From: Ascidiella aspersa
Taxonomy: Eukaryota
NCBI GenBank assembly: GCA_963924565.1
Contig: OZ004613.1
Location: 9,982,001-10,046,000, forward strand
Length of the DNA: 64,000 bases
Direction of reading: 5' to 3'
Under the pieces are notes generated by a model. The model was not told the origin of the DNA. It did not search any database and was given only the letters and a program-made list of their open reading frames with translations. Within the stretch, counting starts at the first letter, position 1, and every line of letters begins with the position of its first letter. Of the stretch, positions 12,501-24,347 are shown in pieces. A program made the position numbers and the translations under genes.

Positions 12501-15500
12501 AAATTGGCAGTTTTTGATTTTGTACAGGCGCAAGCAAACGCTTAACAGTACACGGCTGATGCTAATTTATTAAAGTGAGATTACTTACGTTTAGGCAACT
12601 CTCTTGTTGTTCATTTTAACTTTACTCAAATTCCAGTGGTTCAATGGCTGTGGTCTAATTTACATCGGGCAAGCACTTTGCACTTTGTCATTCGTTTATT
12701 GCTATTCAGTTAAACGAGAGTCCTGAAGATGGTAAATCTACACTTTCAGTAAAGAAATCAACAAATACTACTTCAATAGACATTTGTTGTTTACTGTTAT
12801 TTGGTTGGCCATTTTCTCCAGACCTAAACATGTTTTTCCTATTAACTTACTTTGTATTTTACTAACTTGCTCAGCACTTTGCGCGAAGGATTTATTCCGT
12901 CTTCTTGAATATACATCAACCAAGTTATCTGCATGTAAGCACAGGAGTTAGATGGCTAAATTGCAGTTTGTAAAAGTTACTTTTTTATGACGCGACGTTG
13001 TTACGTTACTTTGTGAAGTCATCCCTAAAAGTTATGATAGCTCCCCTAACAAAATTTCTAGATCCTCCACTGTGGACCATCGTGATGTATGGTTAGGATA
13101 TTACTGTCACACCTTTTTCATTAGGGTGAATGGAGTGCAGAATTCTGAAAAAGAATCTTTTTTCAATTTTGAAATTTAACAGCTTTTTTGAGGGGTTTCC
13201 ACAATACTTGAACTTTAACTCATGTTACTACACACCTTTACAGAAATATCGTTTAAGAAATTTATTGGTAACAATTTAGTTAACACATTTGTGAAATATC
13301 TCATAAAGTGCCCTTACTATAAAGCTTATTGTGCGGTTATACATAATGTGTCGTCGTGTAGGGTACTCCACAACATTTTTTTTACACGAAATTATTTTTA
13401 GTTTCTTCCACGCTTACTTCGGTTCGAGCATACGGGATGTACCAGGTGATATGCTTCTTGGGATACTTGTTTTCGCGAGGTTATGAGATTGGAAAAGTGT
13501 TTGCAGCCCTTGTCGGTATTGTTGGAAATATCGTCTCTTTTTCGCCTTGCCTTATAAGGTAAACTATGTTAAATCATAAGGAGTTTTGCGGTACTCAATA
13601 TGTCACCTCCTTCGATAAATCATAATTCACGTCTACATCAGTATGACCTATGATATTCCTACTATCGTACGTTTTACTTCAACCTCCAACCGTTAAGTGC
13701 TCCAAAATTCAAGTTTAGAAAATACGGAACATAATTGAAGCTATTGGACCATTTTCTAAATTCTCTAAACACCAACATGTTCGATACTATAGTTTCCGTG
13801 TCCTGGGTCGCCAGCCGTTTACAAAACTAAAATTTGTGTCACACACAAAATGTTCAACGCTCTCAGTTGCAAGGAAGACTTTAATTACACCCTCCATAAT
13901 CACAGTTATAAACAAGTGTTTTTAGACTGGCTTAAGTTCTAGTCAAGTCAATCGAAAAATAATTGAAGCTCAAATAAATACTGTTTAAAGTCATTGGTAC
14001 CAAATAAACTTACAAATCCATTAAATACGTGTTTTCCTGAGCAATCTTTTGCATAAAAAACGTCAAATACAATTGAGCATTTTGTGTTAAGAAATTGACA
14101 TAACTAACTCGATTTTACTAAAATCTATTCAAATACTGCACTTAAGGTTAAGTTGAGTAACTTACACAGATGACTTGGCTTCAAGTAAAGTCGTCTGTAG
14201 AATTTATTTTTTTTAACAAAGTCAAGCCATTTCACAAGTTAGACCAAGGTATCCGTAAGCAACAAAGCAGACATCATCGAAACGTTTCTTAACGGCAATC
14301 AAAATCAAAAATAAATTTGAACAAGGGTTTAAACAATAGCAAGTTAAAGCTGTCATTTCCACAACTTATTACAAGATGTTGTAGGCTACGTCAGGAAATG
14401 TTTAAATGTGTTCAATGATTTAGCCTTGTTTATTAGGATTTTATATCAAGTGGAACCTCGTCGTGGACACCTAAGCTACTTTAGCGACTTTTCTGCAGAA
14501 CAATTTGTATGGGCGTATTTCATATTATCCCTCGGTTTTCTTTTCTATCTTTTCAGGATCCCAGAACGTTTTTCACCTGGTAAGCATATTGCTGGACGCT
14601 TGAGACGTTACGGAATACTATTTGCGGACTTTGTGGATGGCTTTTTTATTTTCTGTGATTTTAAAAGACAGTAAAACTTGTCGCATATTTGCTTGTTTTC
14701 TCTACTTTCTACTTGCCTAATGCGTACCACTAGAAGAAAATTGCAATTTTATTTAAATTCTGTTGCTTACAACCATGCATCTATTCAGATACGTTTTCCA
14801 TAGTGGGCCATTCCCACCAAATCTATCACGTGCTCACAGCAGCGTCAATGTATGTTCAGAGCAATATAGCCTGGCAAATTATCGACGGAATAAAAGTGGA
14901 GCTAAACAAAGGGTAAGTCTGTCTTTTCTAGAACCAACTAACTCGTATCAACAGAGTCTCAAAATATAACAGTTTGCCCGGTCTGACTGTTTTTTCGGAA
15001 CTTCACAATTGAAAACATTGGTTATGAAAAAATCAAACCAAAAATGAAATATCAATGTAAAGTTTAAAACCGACATTGGTATAAAATAAACATGTCACTT
15101 ATGTTGTATTCTTGAACAGTTATAGGTTGCATTCTTGAATAAAGCGAAACCAACCACGGTTTAAATTCCAAAGAAATCAATTGGCAATGCAGCACAAAGG
15201 CACGTAATCAATTAGCATGGCAGCACAAGAATGCGGATTACATGTAATCCGCAGGGTGCGAATACTTAAAACTTAATATTTTCGTTTCTCTGTTACTCAT
15301 TATTTTTTGTTTTAAGCGTTTTCGTCTATGTTCAAAAATCCGGGAGTTCAACCGTTTCCGTTTTCCGGTTTAAGTTCACTTCGGGTTGAAAGCTTTATTA
15401 GGTATATGCATTTCAGTTCAAGTTGCGGTTCGGAGAAATTTTGCGGTTCGACTGGTTGAAAAAAAAATTGCACGAAAACAATTTAAACATGTCATAATTT

Positions 15501-16255
15501 GACCTAATAAAAATCTTAGCTTGACGTTGAAGTTCAATTTACTTTCATCAGGTTCTTGTTCGGCTTAGGTAAAGGTTTGAGTTACATTTTAATATTCCGA
15601 TCAGTTCCGGTTCGACCCTCCAGATATTTCAAAAAAACGTTTCACGTTCGGTTACGGTTCGCAGAGAAAGAAGTGGTTCATGAAACTCCGATTTGGGTTG
15701 TGTCCCTATTCAAAAATAGCATTATTAGGCTTATTGCCTAGACCAGCGGTTCTCAACCATAGGGCCATGGCTCATTGGTGGGCCATGGAAACTTTTTAGA
15801 TGGGTCACAGACCAATTTAAAAAAGCTAGATTTATTGAAGAATTCAGGTTCATTTGTGTCACTATACTAAATTTTACAGGAATAATGGCTTGGGGAGGAA
15901 TTAAAAGGAATGTAAGCAAAACAGAATTTTTTTGGTATATGCTCCTCTATTTTTTGTTCTAAACCTATTTCATAGTTCGTTCTTTCATAAGAATTTCTTT
16001 GGCCACAGAATTTTGTGCAACGAAAATGGGCCACGAAAGAAGAAAGGTTGAGAACCACTGTCCTAGCCTTAAACAAGCTAAACACTAATTGTTTTCTTTT
16101 GCTTCTTTTGCAGCTCAATTCCGGATTCAGCATTTACACCTGCTTTATGGCGAGAGACAGCTATTTTGGTGCCTCTTATCGCAGGCCTTAACTTAGTGTG
16201 GATTTTGATCGATTGGCGAATGCGTAAATCAAAAGAAACGAAAAAACATTCCTAA
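9557..16255 (+). CDS. PAQR9: Progestin and adipoQ receptor, class II (PAQR9/mPR-epsilon-like), ~365 aa; exons 9557-9585, 10579-10701, 11493-11638, 12322-12495, 12875-12934, 13402-13558, 14437-14579, 14789-14912, 16114-16255
   Basis: Phase-compatible GT-AG exons total 1098 nt in one open frame. PAQR motifs: GYRPP, PTNETLNFWTH (as in vertebrate PAQR9), SSVAH, VDNSCI, RIPERFSP, GHSHQIYHV; extra C-terminal hydrophobic helix; C-terminal KKHS dilysine motif. The first exon (weak donor gtggag) is least certain, and orthology rests on motif recall. Confidence 0.88.
9947..10393. mobile_element. hAT (Buster-like) MITE in the first coding intron of the PAQR9-like gene
   Basis: TIRs caagggtgtccaac / gttggacacccctg; TSD ctctaagt / ctcttagt; paralogous empty site with a single ctctaagt at 1228-1235. 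Confidence 0.95.
11750..12034. mobile_element. GACTT/AAGTC-repeat element fragment (intronic)
   Basis: aagtc pentamer clusters, aattggtaaacttatccag motif, decayed terminus cattgcagcacta; boundaries approximate. Confidence 0.6.
15744..16060. mobile_element. hAT (Buster/Charlie-like) MITE in the last PAQR intron
   Basis: TIRs cagcggttctcaacc / ggttgagaaccactg; TSD gcctagac / tcctagcc (6/8); subterminal tgggcca repeats. Confidence 0.85.
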
Positions 16256-18053
16256 AGTTGCGAATTATTAACTGCTCAACCTGTTCCAATCAACCCATGT
16301 AACTTCGAATATGTTGTAGCAACCCTGTAATTATTTGCATGGCTTTGTTATTGGATAAGATTGTTATTCGTATATTGTTGGAGCTGAAAATACAGCAATA
16401 GCCATTATTAAATTACAAAAGCATATATTTGGTTTGTTTGAGGGCAGGTGATGCGAATTGACAAAATAACATTTTGCGATTATTTTTTTATCCGTTAAGA
16501 TTCATTATGAGAGGACCCATTTTGAGCAGTTATAGCAAAACTGCGTTTTTTCGTGTTCTTAAAACCGGTGTTATTTTCTGTTGGATGTAACATGTAAGAT
16601 TAAGTAGACTTATTTCTTTCTATTTGCAAAATTTACCGAATTAGTTTGGCCGACCTTGGTTGTTTTTAAATTGAAATATGAAAGCATTCCATTCGTAAAC
16701 CAGTAAAATACCAATTCGTGTTGCCGAGGTCGCCACCTAACGGTCATTTTGCTTGTCATCGCAACCCAAAATTATTTCAACTCTACTGTGTCCAAATACC
16801 CATATTCGTTCCTGTTATTTTTATCGTTTTTTTCTTTACTTAACTCCGAAGTACTTACTTTTAGGTACCTGTACATAATTTAAAAACCTTATATTTTTAT
16901 ATCTAAAATTTTGCAAAATACCTGACTGGAACTTGAGACAATTCAAAATGAGTTGTTTAGAAAAAGGTTGAAGTTGTAGTTGTTGTTGTTTGAATCAAAA
17001 CTAGTGAACTAACTGAATAAATACAAATGTACTAGAACTGCTTGTATGAGGATTAAAATAAAACAAGTTGCTTGAGACTGGTTTAGTACTGAGAAGAAAT
17101 TAAAAACTTTGACACCCTAGTATGGTCCTTTTTGCTACAACAGCCGTACTACCACCTGCATTACTAAGAGACTATAAGCCTCTAAGGAACTGTAAGTGGC
17201 TAATATCACAAACATTACATCCCTCAGAAAATCTTTTTGCTCTAGGAATAGAAAAGTGGAGTTTAGCACTTTTCTATGTTCAGCATTTTTTACAAAGAGT
17301 TAAGCTTAGCAAAACGAAAGGAATCTTGATCGAAGAAAATATAAGTAAAATTCCAACAGATGCACATTGTAAAAAGGTGGAATTACGCGCTTGGCTGGCA
17401 TATAGTGACTGTGTGCTAACTTTTTAGAAAATGCAATTTGCACTATTTTTCCGGTCGGTATTTTTTCGGAAAATTTAAATTTGAAGATATTTTAAAAATG
17501 TGATGTGAAAAACTAAAGATATATTCGAAATCAGCGCGAAAAATACATCTAAGAGACAATACTCACATCTCGTTTAAAAAAGGTGAAATTTGTTGACCAG
17601 TGTAGTTTTATAAACTTAAAGCAGCACACGGTATTTGTTATAAACATCTAAACAAAAAAACACTGATCTACGCTTTAGTAAGCAGACGCGGACAACTACA
17701 TTGATTTTGGCTTTATAAAATTAGATTAGAATTGAAATGAGAGCGTTAAAGTTTTCCTAGTTAGATTAGAATTAGATCATTTTAGTTTTTTTAAATTAGA
17801 TTGGAACTATGGAATTACCAGAGTCTTAAAAAAATCAATGTCAACTAAAATTATGTTTTTTATTTACATTCAGTTAAATTTAAAGTGCAAATTATTCGAG
17901 TTACATAAAAACTAGAATTAGAAGCACTTTGCTCTAATTCAGTAAATTAGAAAACTAGAATTAACCAAAGCGGTTACAACCTTCTCTTTGGAATTATCTA
18001 GTTATCCTATTTAATCTCTATGTTGATGACGTAGCAATGCCACTGTTTTTCCT

Positions 18054-18557
18054 CATAGTTGCCATTCTAGATTATTTTAATCTAGATTTAGATGTTTTGG
18101 TTTGAATCTAGATGTAGGATTATACAATCTAGATGTTAGATGTTTTTTTAGATTATCATAAAAAAATATTGTATAATCTAAATTAGTGACAGATTCGCTA
18201 TTGACGATAAATATTTCAGTAATTTCAAAAGTTTTTTTTTTGCAAATTGAAAAAAAAAATGATGAGATATAAAATCGAAATTTCAGTAACTCGTCATGTT
18301 CAGTAAAATGTTTTATAAAGCAGAAATCTTAAATCTAAAGCATCAAGCAAGTCCCTTTATGCAACTTTATACGGCATTAAGCCAACGCCTCAGGCGTTGA
18401 TTAAGCTTTCAATGTTGATTTTGTGTCCAAAAGTTTTAAATATTTTCAAAAATCATTTTTAGATTATTTTTTAGATTTCTCCATAAAAATCTAGATGTTT
18501 TTAGATTATTTTTTGGTAAATCTAGATGATTACTGTGAGAAAAAAATGGCAACTATG
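18054..18557. mobile_element. MITE with CATAGTTGCCA termini (P-element-like or hAT superfamily)
   Basis: TIRs catagttgccatt / aatggcaactatg; perfect 8-bp TSD tttttcct; many subterminal tctagat repeats at both ends. Confidence 0.9.
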
Positions 18558-20007
18558 TTTTTCCTACCTAGTATTGCAAAATGTCGCTAGCAAAATCACG
18601 TGGCGCAAATTCCTATATTATAGTTTTTATTTAACTGAAATTGGCTATTCCTGTGATAGATATCTCTGTTGATTAGATAGTTGGATTAAGTTAAGAATTT
18701 CGGAGATTATTAATATTACGGTTGATGTTTGTTTAGTCATTTATTGATAAATTTTAAGCTGAAACTGTTATTTAGCTGTGCATGATTATATCCAAGTTAA
18801 TTCTGGATCCCTAGCAAGTTGGCACAGACATTTCTGGTGAATATATTTTCTTCTTGGTAATGTAAAGGCAAGATGCTATTTAATTTAGGAAAAATATTCC
18901 TTTATGCTAAACTATGAACTCCTGTTTAACGTTATTGTGAAATTAAAACTTTCGTCTGCCATGGCCGTGTATGACGTCATATTTGGATTTCGTTGTGTGG
19001 CTTTTCAAACTGTTTAACGGAGAACTGTACTGTTTAAACTTTAAAGCATGATGCAGTCTGTGTGACAAATTCCCAGTGTTGTAAGCAAGCCATTTTTACA
19101 ACAACTTAGGTTAAGTCAAATTATTTAAAAAAAGTCTGTTCCAAATCAAGTTGTCATCAAAACTAAATGTAATTTTTTTTTAAATTGATTAACTTTTCCG
19201 ATTAAGAGGCAGAACTCAACTTTAAATTAAACACAAAAGGCAAAATATAACAAGATAATTGTTTTATGCGCAAAACTTATAATAAATAACGAACTTTGAC
19301 AAAACACTAGTGTTCCACGGAACAGTTGTTAAAAATTACCGATCGACGCACTAGTAACACAGCAGATTTTTTTTCAAGAAAAACTGTTGCTCAAAACCCG
19401 AACAAAACATATGCGTCAAATAAAATTTCTGTTTATATAAAAACAAAGCGTTATTTTGCAACTTATAAGGCAAAAAATACATAAGATGGACAGAATTAAA
19501 CCCCAAATCAACTCTCAAAATCGCTTTGCCAATTGAGGCAAGTGTGTGTAGTGAAAACTGTTTCAATATAAACTTTTGTTTTAGATTCCTGGCAATGAGA
19601 CGATATTGATTCGTCTATGAAAAATTGATGACAAGATAAACAATCACGGCCGCGTTGTGAAGAGAGTTCTGCGGTGGGCTAGACTTGGAAAACGACTGTG
19701 ATACGCACCTGGAGAATACTAAGTTTAAGAAAGTAAAATATTTTTTTTTATAAATTAGCAATTTTATTGATTTCACAGGGAATTTAATAAAACCAATGTT
19801 CCGTCTATTTAGGAGTTCTGTTACCATAGTTTCCACGCTTTAGATAGCTTATATTAAATTCAAAAATAAATCGAATATAAACATTTAGAACAAGAAGCGT
19901 TAGGTTAAAAACATAAATGTTTAACAAAGTGGGGTTCGGGGGACCCTGGCGATTTAAAATGGCTTAATCTTGCAACACCAATATACCGACACACAGTTGC
20001 TCAACAC

Positions 20008-23000
20008 TTATAATCGGGTAGTATGTGTATTCGGACGGTTGTTGACTGGCGGTGCTGGCGGTGCTGGCGGTGCTGGCGGTGCTGGCGGCGCGTTCGAACT
20101 GCGCTTACAGCATGAACCAATCTTACACAGTGCACCGCTGATTGTGTCGGAATAAATCAAAGGGTTTAGGGCACTGTTGGTCGGCAGCAGGACCCCTGCG
20201 CTTATGGCGTACACAACCGGGGGCAAATGCATCCCCGACAGCTGCACAAAGGCCAGGGTGCAGAGCGGAACCCAGCAAGCAAAGTCGGTGAGAATAAGAC
20301 GCGAAATGCGCGCCTGCATTTTCCTGGCCCGCTTGCTAAAGGTGCCTGCCATTCGCACGCTGACGCGGTAGATGGCAAAGTAGCAGACGACCATGTAGAG
20401 GAAAAGCACAAAGTTAAGGCTGATTAGGAAGCAGGAGAAAACCCAACCCGCCTCTCCGATGTTGACGAAAATTCGAGGCATGCAAACGCTCGTTTCGCCG
20501 TAGTAACCGATGTCGCCCTTAATGGGCAAGTAGGGGATCTTGCTTTCGATAAACTGCTTGGTCTCCAGCCACGATGAAGCGTTGGTTTGACCCATTCTAA
20601 AAGCAAGCGCTTTCAAGTCGGCTTTTTTCACTTGGTCGGATTTGTAGAAGTAGTTGGGAAACCAGACTGCGGACACAAAGTAGCCAGAAGTTGGGAATAT
20701 CAGCGGGAAGGTGGCAATCAGAGCGGCCAAAATCCAGGACGAAATAACCGCCAGTCGCCCCCAAACAATAGTAAGTGTTGAAGCGACGAAAGGTCGTAGA
20801 ATGGTGACGAGGCGAAACGTGGTCATGAATGTCATGATGAACACTGAGTTTTCGGTTGAAAGTACGACAAGGACTCCCAGAGCGGAGCAAAATTCGCTGG
20901 TACGCCACGGATTATCATGGAAACAGTACGAGCCTGAATACTGGGCAGCCTTCACACAAATAGTCAAAAGGTAAACGCCCATGAGAAAATCCGACATCGA
21001 TAGGTTAAGTACGAACAGCGAGTTGTACTGCATCGTGATTGACATTTCCTCGGCTGCCAGGAAGCTCCTCGCCGTGGTGACGAACACCACAATGTTTCCC
21101 GCGATCGAGAGCAGCGCCATCAGCCAGAAAATGGCCAGGATTAATTTGTTGCCGATCAGTTCGTACTGAGATGAAAAGACGGTGACTTTTTGGCTTTTAG
21201 GCGGACACTCGTCGCTGCCGTCCGAACAGTCCCACTTGCCGTCCTCGATGTCGCTTATCGGCACGGACAGCGGCTTTTTATCCAAACAGTAAAAGCGCTT
21301 GCCAGCGCAGCGGGCCTTGGACTCGTCGGCGCCGTTTTCACAGTCGACTCTTCCGTCGCACAACTTGTCCACGTCGATGCTCACCGAAACGCCGTTGACG
21401 CAGTAAAAGCGCTTGGAGCAGTTCTTCTCATCGAAACCGAAGGGACAGGAGGCGTTGTTAATGGCGTACGCGGCCGAGTCGTTCTGCCCGTCGCAGAAGC
21501 GATCTCCCATCGGGTAATACAATCGACAGGGATCGTCGCAAAACCACGGCCGGGTCGTGCAGTTCACACATTCGTCGGACATGTCAGCGCACTGAGGCCG
21601 CCCGTCGCACATGACGGCTTCGATCCAACCAGGCGCCGCCATGCAACGGATCGTAGCCCTGCCTTTGGTATCGATACAGCCGACCGTGTTGGTCTTGTCG
21701 ACGCACTGGTAGCTTCTGTTGCACAGCAGCTCTTCGTTTGGAAGGCAGCCTACAGTTTCGTCGCAGTAAAGCTGGTCGGAATGCTGACAGCGCGACTTGG
21801 ACACCCCCAGCACCTTGTCGCAGACTGTTTGATCGGCGCAAAAGCACTCGTCTGAAAGATCGTAGCAGTCCACCACCCCGTCGCACACCTGCCTGGGCGC
21901 TATGATCAGCTTCTTGTCGAAGCATTGGAAGCAGCGCATCGCACCGTCGACGAAGCACAAGTCCGAGCTGTCCGAGCACTGCGGCAAGTCGTCGTAGAGG
22001 TTGAGCTGCGGCAGGCTGCAGGTGAAAGTAGAGTACTTGGTGGCGCATTTGAAACCAGGCCCGTAGTGCGTTTCGTCGCTAAGGTCGCTGCACTGGCTGT
22101 TGCCGTTGCAGAACTGACGAATAATGATGACTTCCTTGTTTTCGCACAGCACTGGCTTGATGCAGCCGGGTTGGCTGGCAAAGGATGGCGTCCAAATACA
22201 AGCCCATTCGGGTGTTCGCTTCCCGATCGTGTTGTTGATGTAAGTCATGGTGAGCACCGGGTGGCAGTGCGTTAACGAGGCGTTCTCAAACCGCAGCATG
22301 TCGGTTTTTGCGCGCAAGTTTGGACAGCTCATGGCCTTGGTACTCCAATTGTTGTCGCAGTCGTTCATCCTAATTACGCAGGGCTCGTCATCGCCACTGT
22401 AGCAGTCCCTATTTCCGTTGTTAACCTGATATCGGTCAATGCAACCGTGGTCTAAGGTGCAGTTCGCGCTCGCGTTGAAAATACACCCGCACTTAACCTG
22501 CCCGCCTGAACATAGGCACCCCTTATCGTCGCTCCAGTCGCCGCAGTTGTTCTCGTTGTTACAGAGCTGGAAGGGAAGCATGCAGCCGGTAGTTGTATTG
22601 CATGTCTTGTTGGGAGCCTCGTAGCACGCGCAAGGCGTTTCGTAGGGAGCGCAGGTGCAGTCGTATTCGTCGCTCCAGTCGCCGCAGTCGTTGAAGCCGT
22701 CGCATCGCCGGACGGCGCGTATACAGCCGGGAGCGTCGCCGCAACCCGGGCGACTGCACCGGCATTGGAAGGTGTACGCTGGACAGGTGCAGTTGTTTTC
22801 GTCGCTCCAGTCGCCACAGTCGTTTACGCGGTTACAGCGCCTGATGCCAGCCACGCTTTCAGCCTTACATGAAGACAGCACCACTGGCTGAACGCTACAA
22901 GCGCAGCGGAAAAAGTCGCAGTCGGTTTCGTCGCTGCCGTCGCCGCAGTCGTCAACGCGGTCGCACACTTTGGCCGGGTTCAAGCAGCCGTTTTTGACGC

Positions 23001-24347
23001 GGCAGGTTATGGGTGTACTTTTGTAGCAGGCGCAAGCGAACTGGCCGAGAGCGCACGAGCAATTTTCCTCATCGCTCCAGTCGCCGCAGTCGTCGGCGCC
23101 GTCGCAAACGTAGAAGCGTCGGTCCACGGCCAGGCTCCGTCCCGGGCAGGAAGCGTTAGCCGCGCACGCGCACACGAAAAGGCTTGCGCGATAGGTGCAG
23201 TTTCGCTCGTCGCTTCCATCTATGCAGCCCTCGTATCCGTCGCACACCCAAGACGGCTTGATGCACCAGTTGTTCCCGGCGCAAGAGGTCGAGTTCGCTT
23301 CGGCGCAGCTGCAGCGAAAGTCGGGCGACGAGCACGGACAGGAACGCTCATCCGAGTGATCCGAGCACTGGTAGATGCCGTCGCAAACCTTGTACGCTGG
23401 CAACATGCCGACGTTGTTAGTGCAACTCCGGTTTTTAGAGAAGCAAGCACATGTGAACATGCTCGGACGGAATTCGCATCTTGCCTCGTCGCTCCAATCC
23501 CCGCAGTCGTTTTTCCCATCGCATATATCAGTTGGTGTGTTGACGCAGCCCGACGAGGTCTTGCAGCCCGACCAGTTGCACTTGCACATAAACTGGTTCA
23601 TGTAACACGCACAGGCCACCTCGTCGCTCCAGTCGCCACAGTCGTTATTTTGATCGCAAACCTTAAACCAAGAAATGCGCCGAGGACTGGTCAAGGCGCA
23701 CGAACCGTTACGCGCACATGCGCAGTAGAACTGGACCGCCACAAAATCACAGTAGAGCTCGTCGCTTCCGTCGGCGCAGTCGTCCCGGCCGTCGCACTTT
23801 TTGATCAGCGGAACGCAGCTGATCGGATCCCGGCACTTGCCTTTGGCGTAGCGGCAACCGCACGAAAACTGACCGGCGCATCGGCAGTCGGCCTCATCGC
23901 TTCCGTCGGAACAATCGCTTTTCCCGTCGCAGGTCTGCCGCTGCAGAACGCACACCTCAGGGTAGACGCACGTGTTGTTGTCCTGGCACGCGCAGCTGAA
24001 ATACCCACTCGCACAAGTGCACCCGCGCTCGTCTGTCCCGTCCAAGCAATCCAGCACACCATCACATATCTCAGCCTCGCTGTAGCAGCCTCTACCGTAA
24101 TAACAGTGGTGTGTTCTCAGCGGACAGCCGCACTGGTAAAGGCCAGGCGCACAGAAGCAGTCCTGCTCGTCGAGACCGCCTTTGCAATCGCTCGAGCCGT
24201 CGCAAACCCAGTTTTTAGGGATGTTGCTAGCTTTGTAGCTGTTTTTGACGCTCAAGTAGTAGTAGCCGTTCAGGTATTTGGTCCGGGCCGGGCACTCGCA
24301 GTTCACCGTGCTTCTAGTTGGATCCAGCCGTACGGCGTTGCACCATT
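20008..24347 (-). CDS. LDLa-repeat class A GPCR (LGR/RXFP/GRL101-type 7TM, no LRRs); 4340-nt main exon
   Basis: The 1449-codon ORF has ~22 LDLa modules (CDGxxDCxDxSDExxC) followed by a 7TM with LGR-type motifs GNIVV, NLSMSDFLMGVYL, CSALGVL, YYGETSVCMP, LILTDFACWVP, LLPTNSALNPLIY. The ORF-track start is TTG; acceptor ttgcag at 24348-24353 gives a phase-1 exon start at 24347. Confidence 0.93.
20048..20088 (-). repeat. Coding 9-bp tandem repeat (ggcggtgct)x4+ giving (PPA)n in the GPCR C-tail
   Basis: Seen directly; translates NAPPAPPAPPAPPAPPV. Confidence 0.95.

Noticed and set aside
12496-12731. Extended PAQR exon to 12574 plus a 95-nt exon 12637-12731 that would need two TAA read-throughs
   Set aside because: Splicing 12495 to 12875 gives a clean open frame, so there is no need to invoke recoding.
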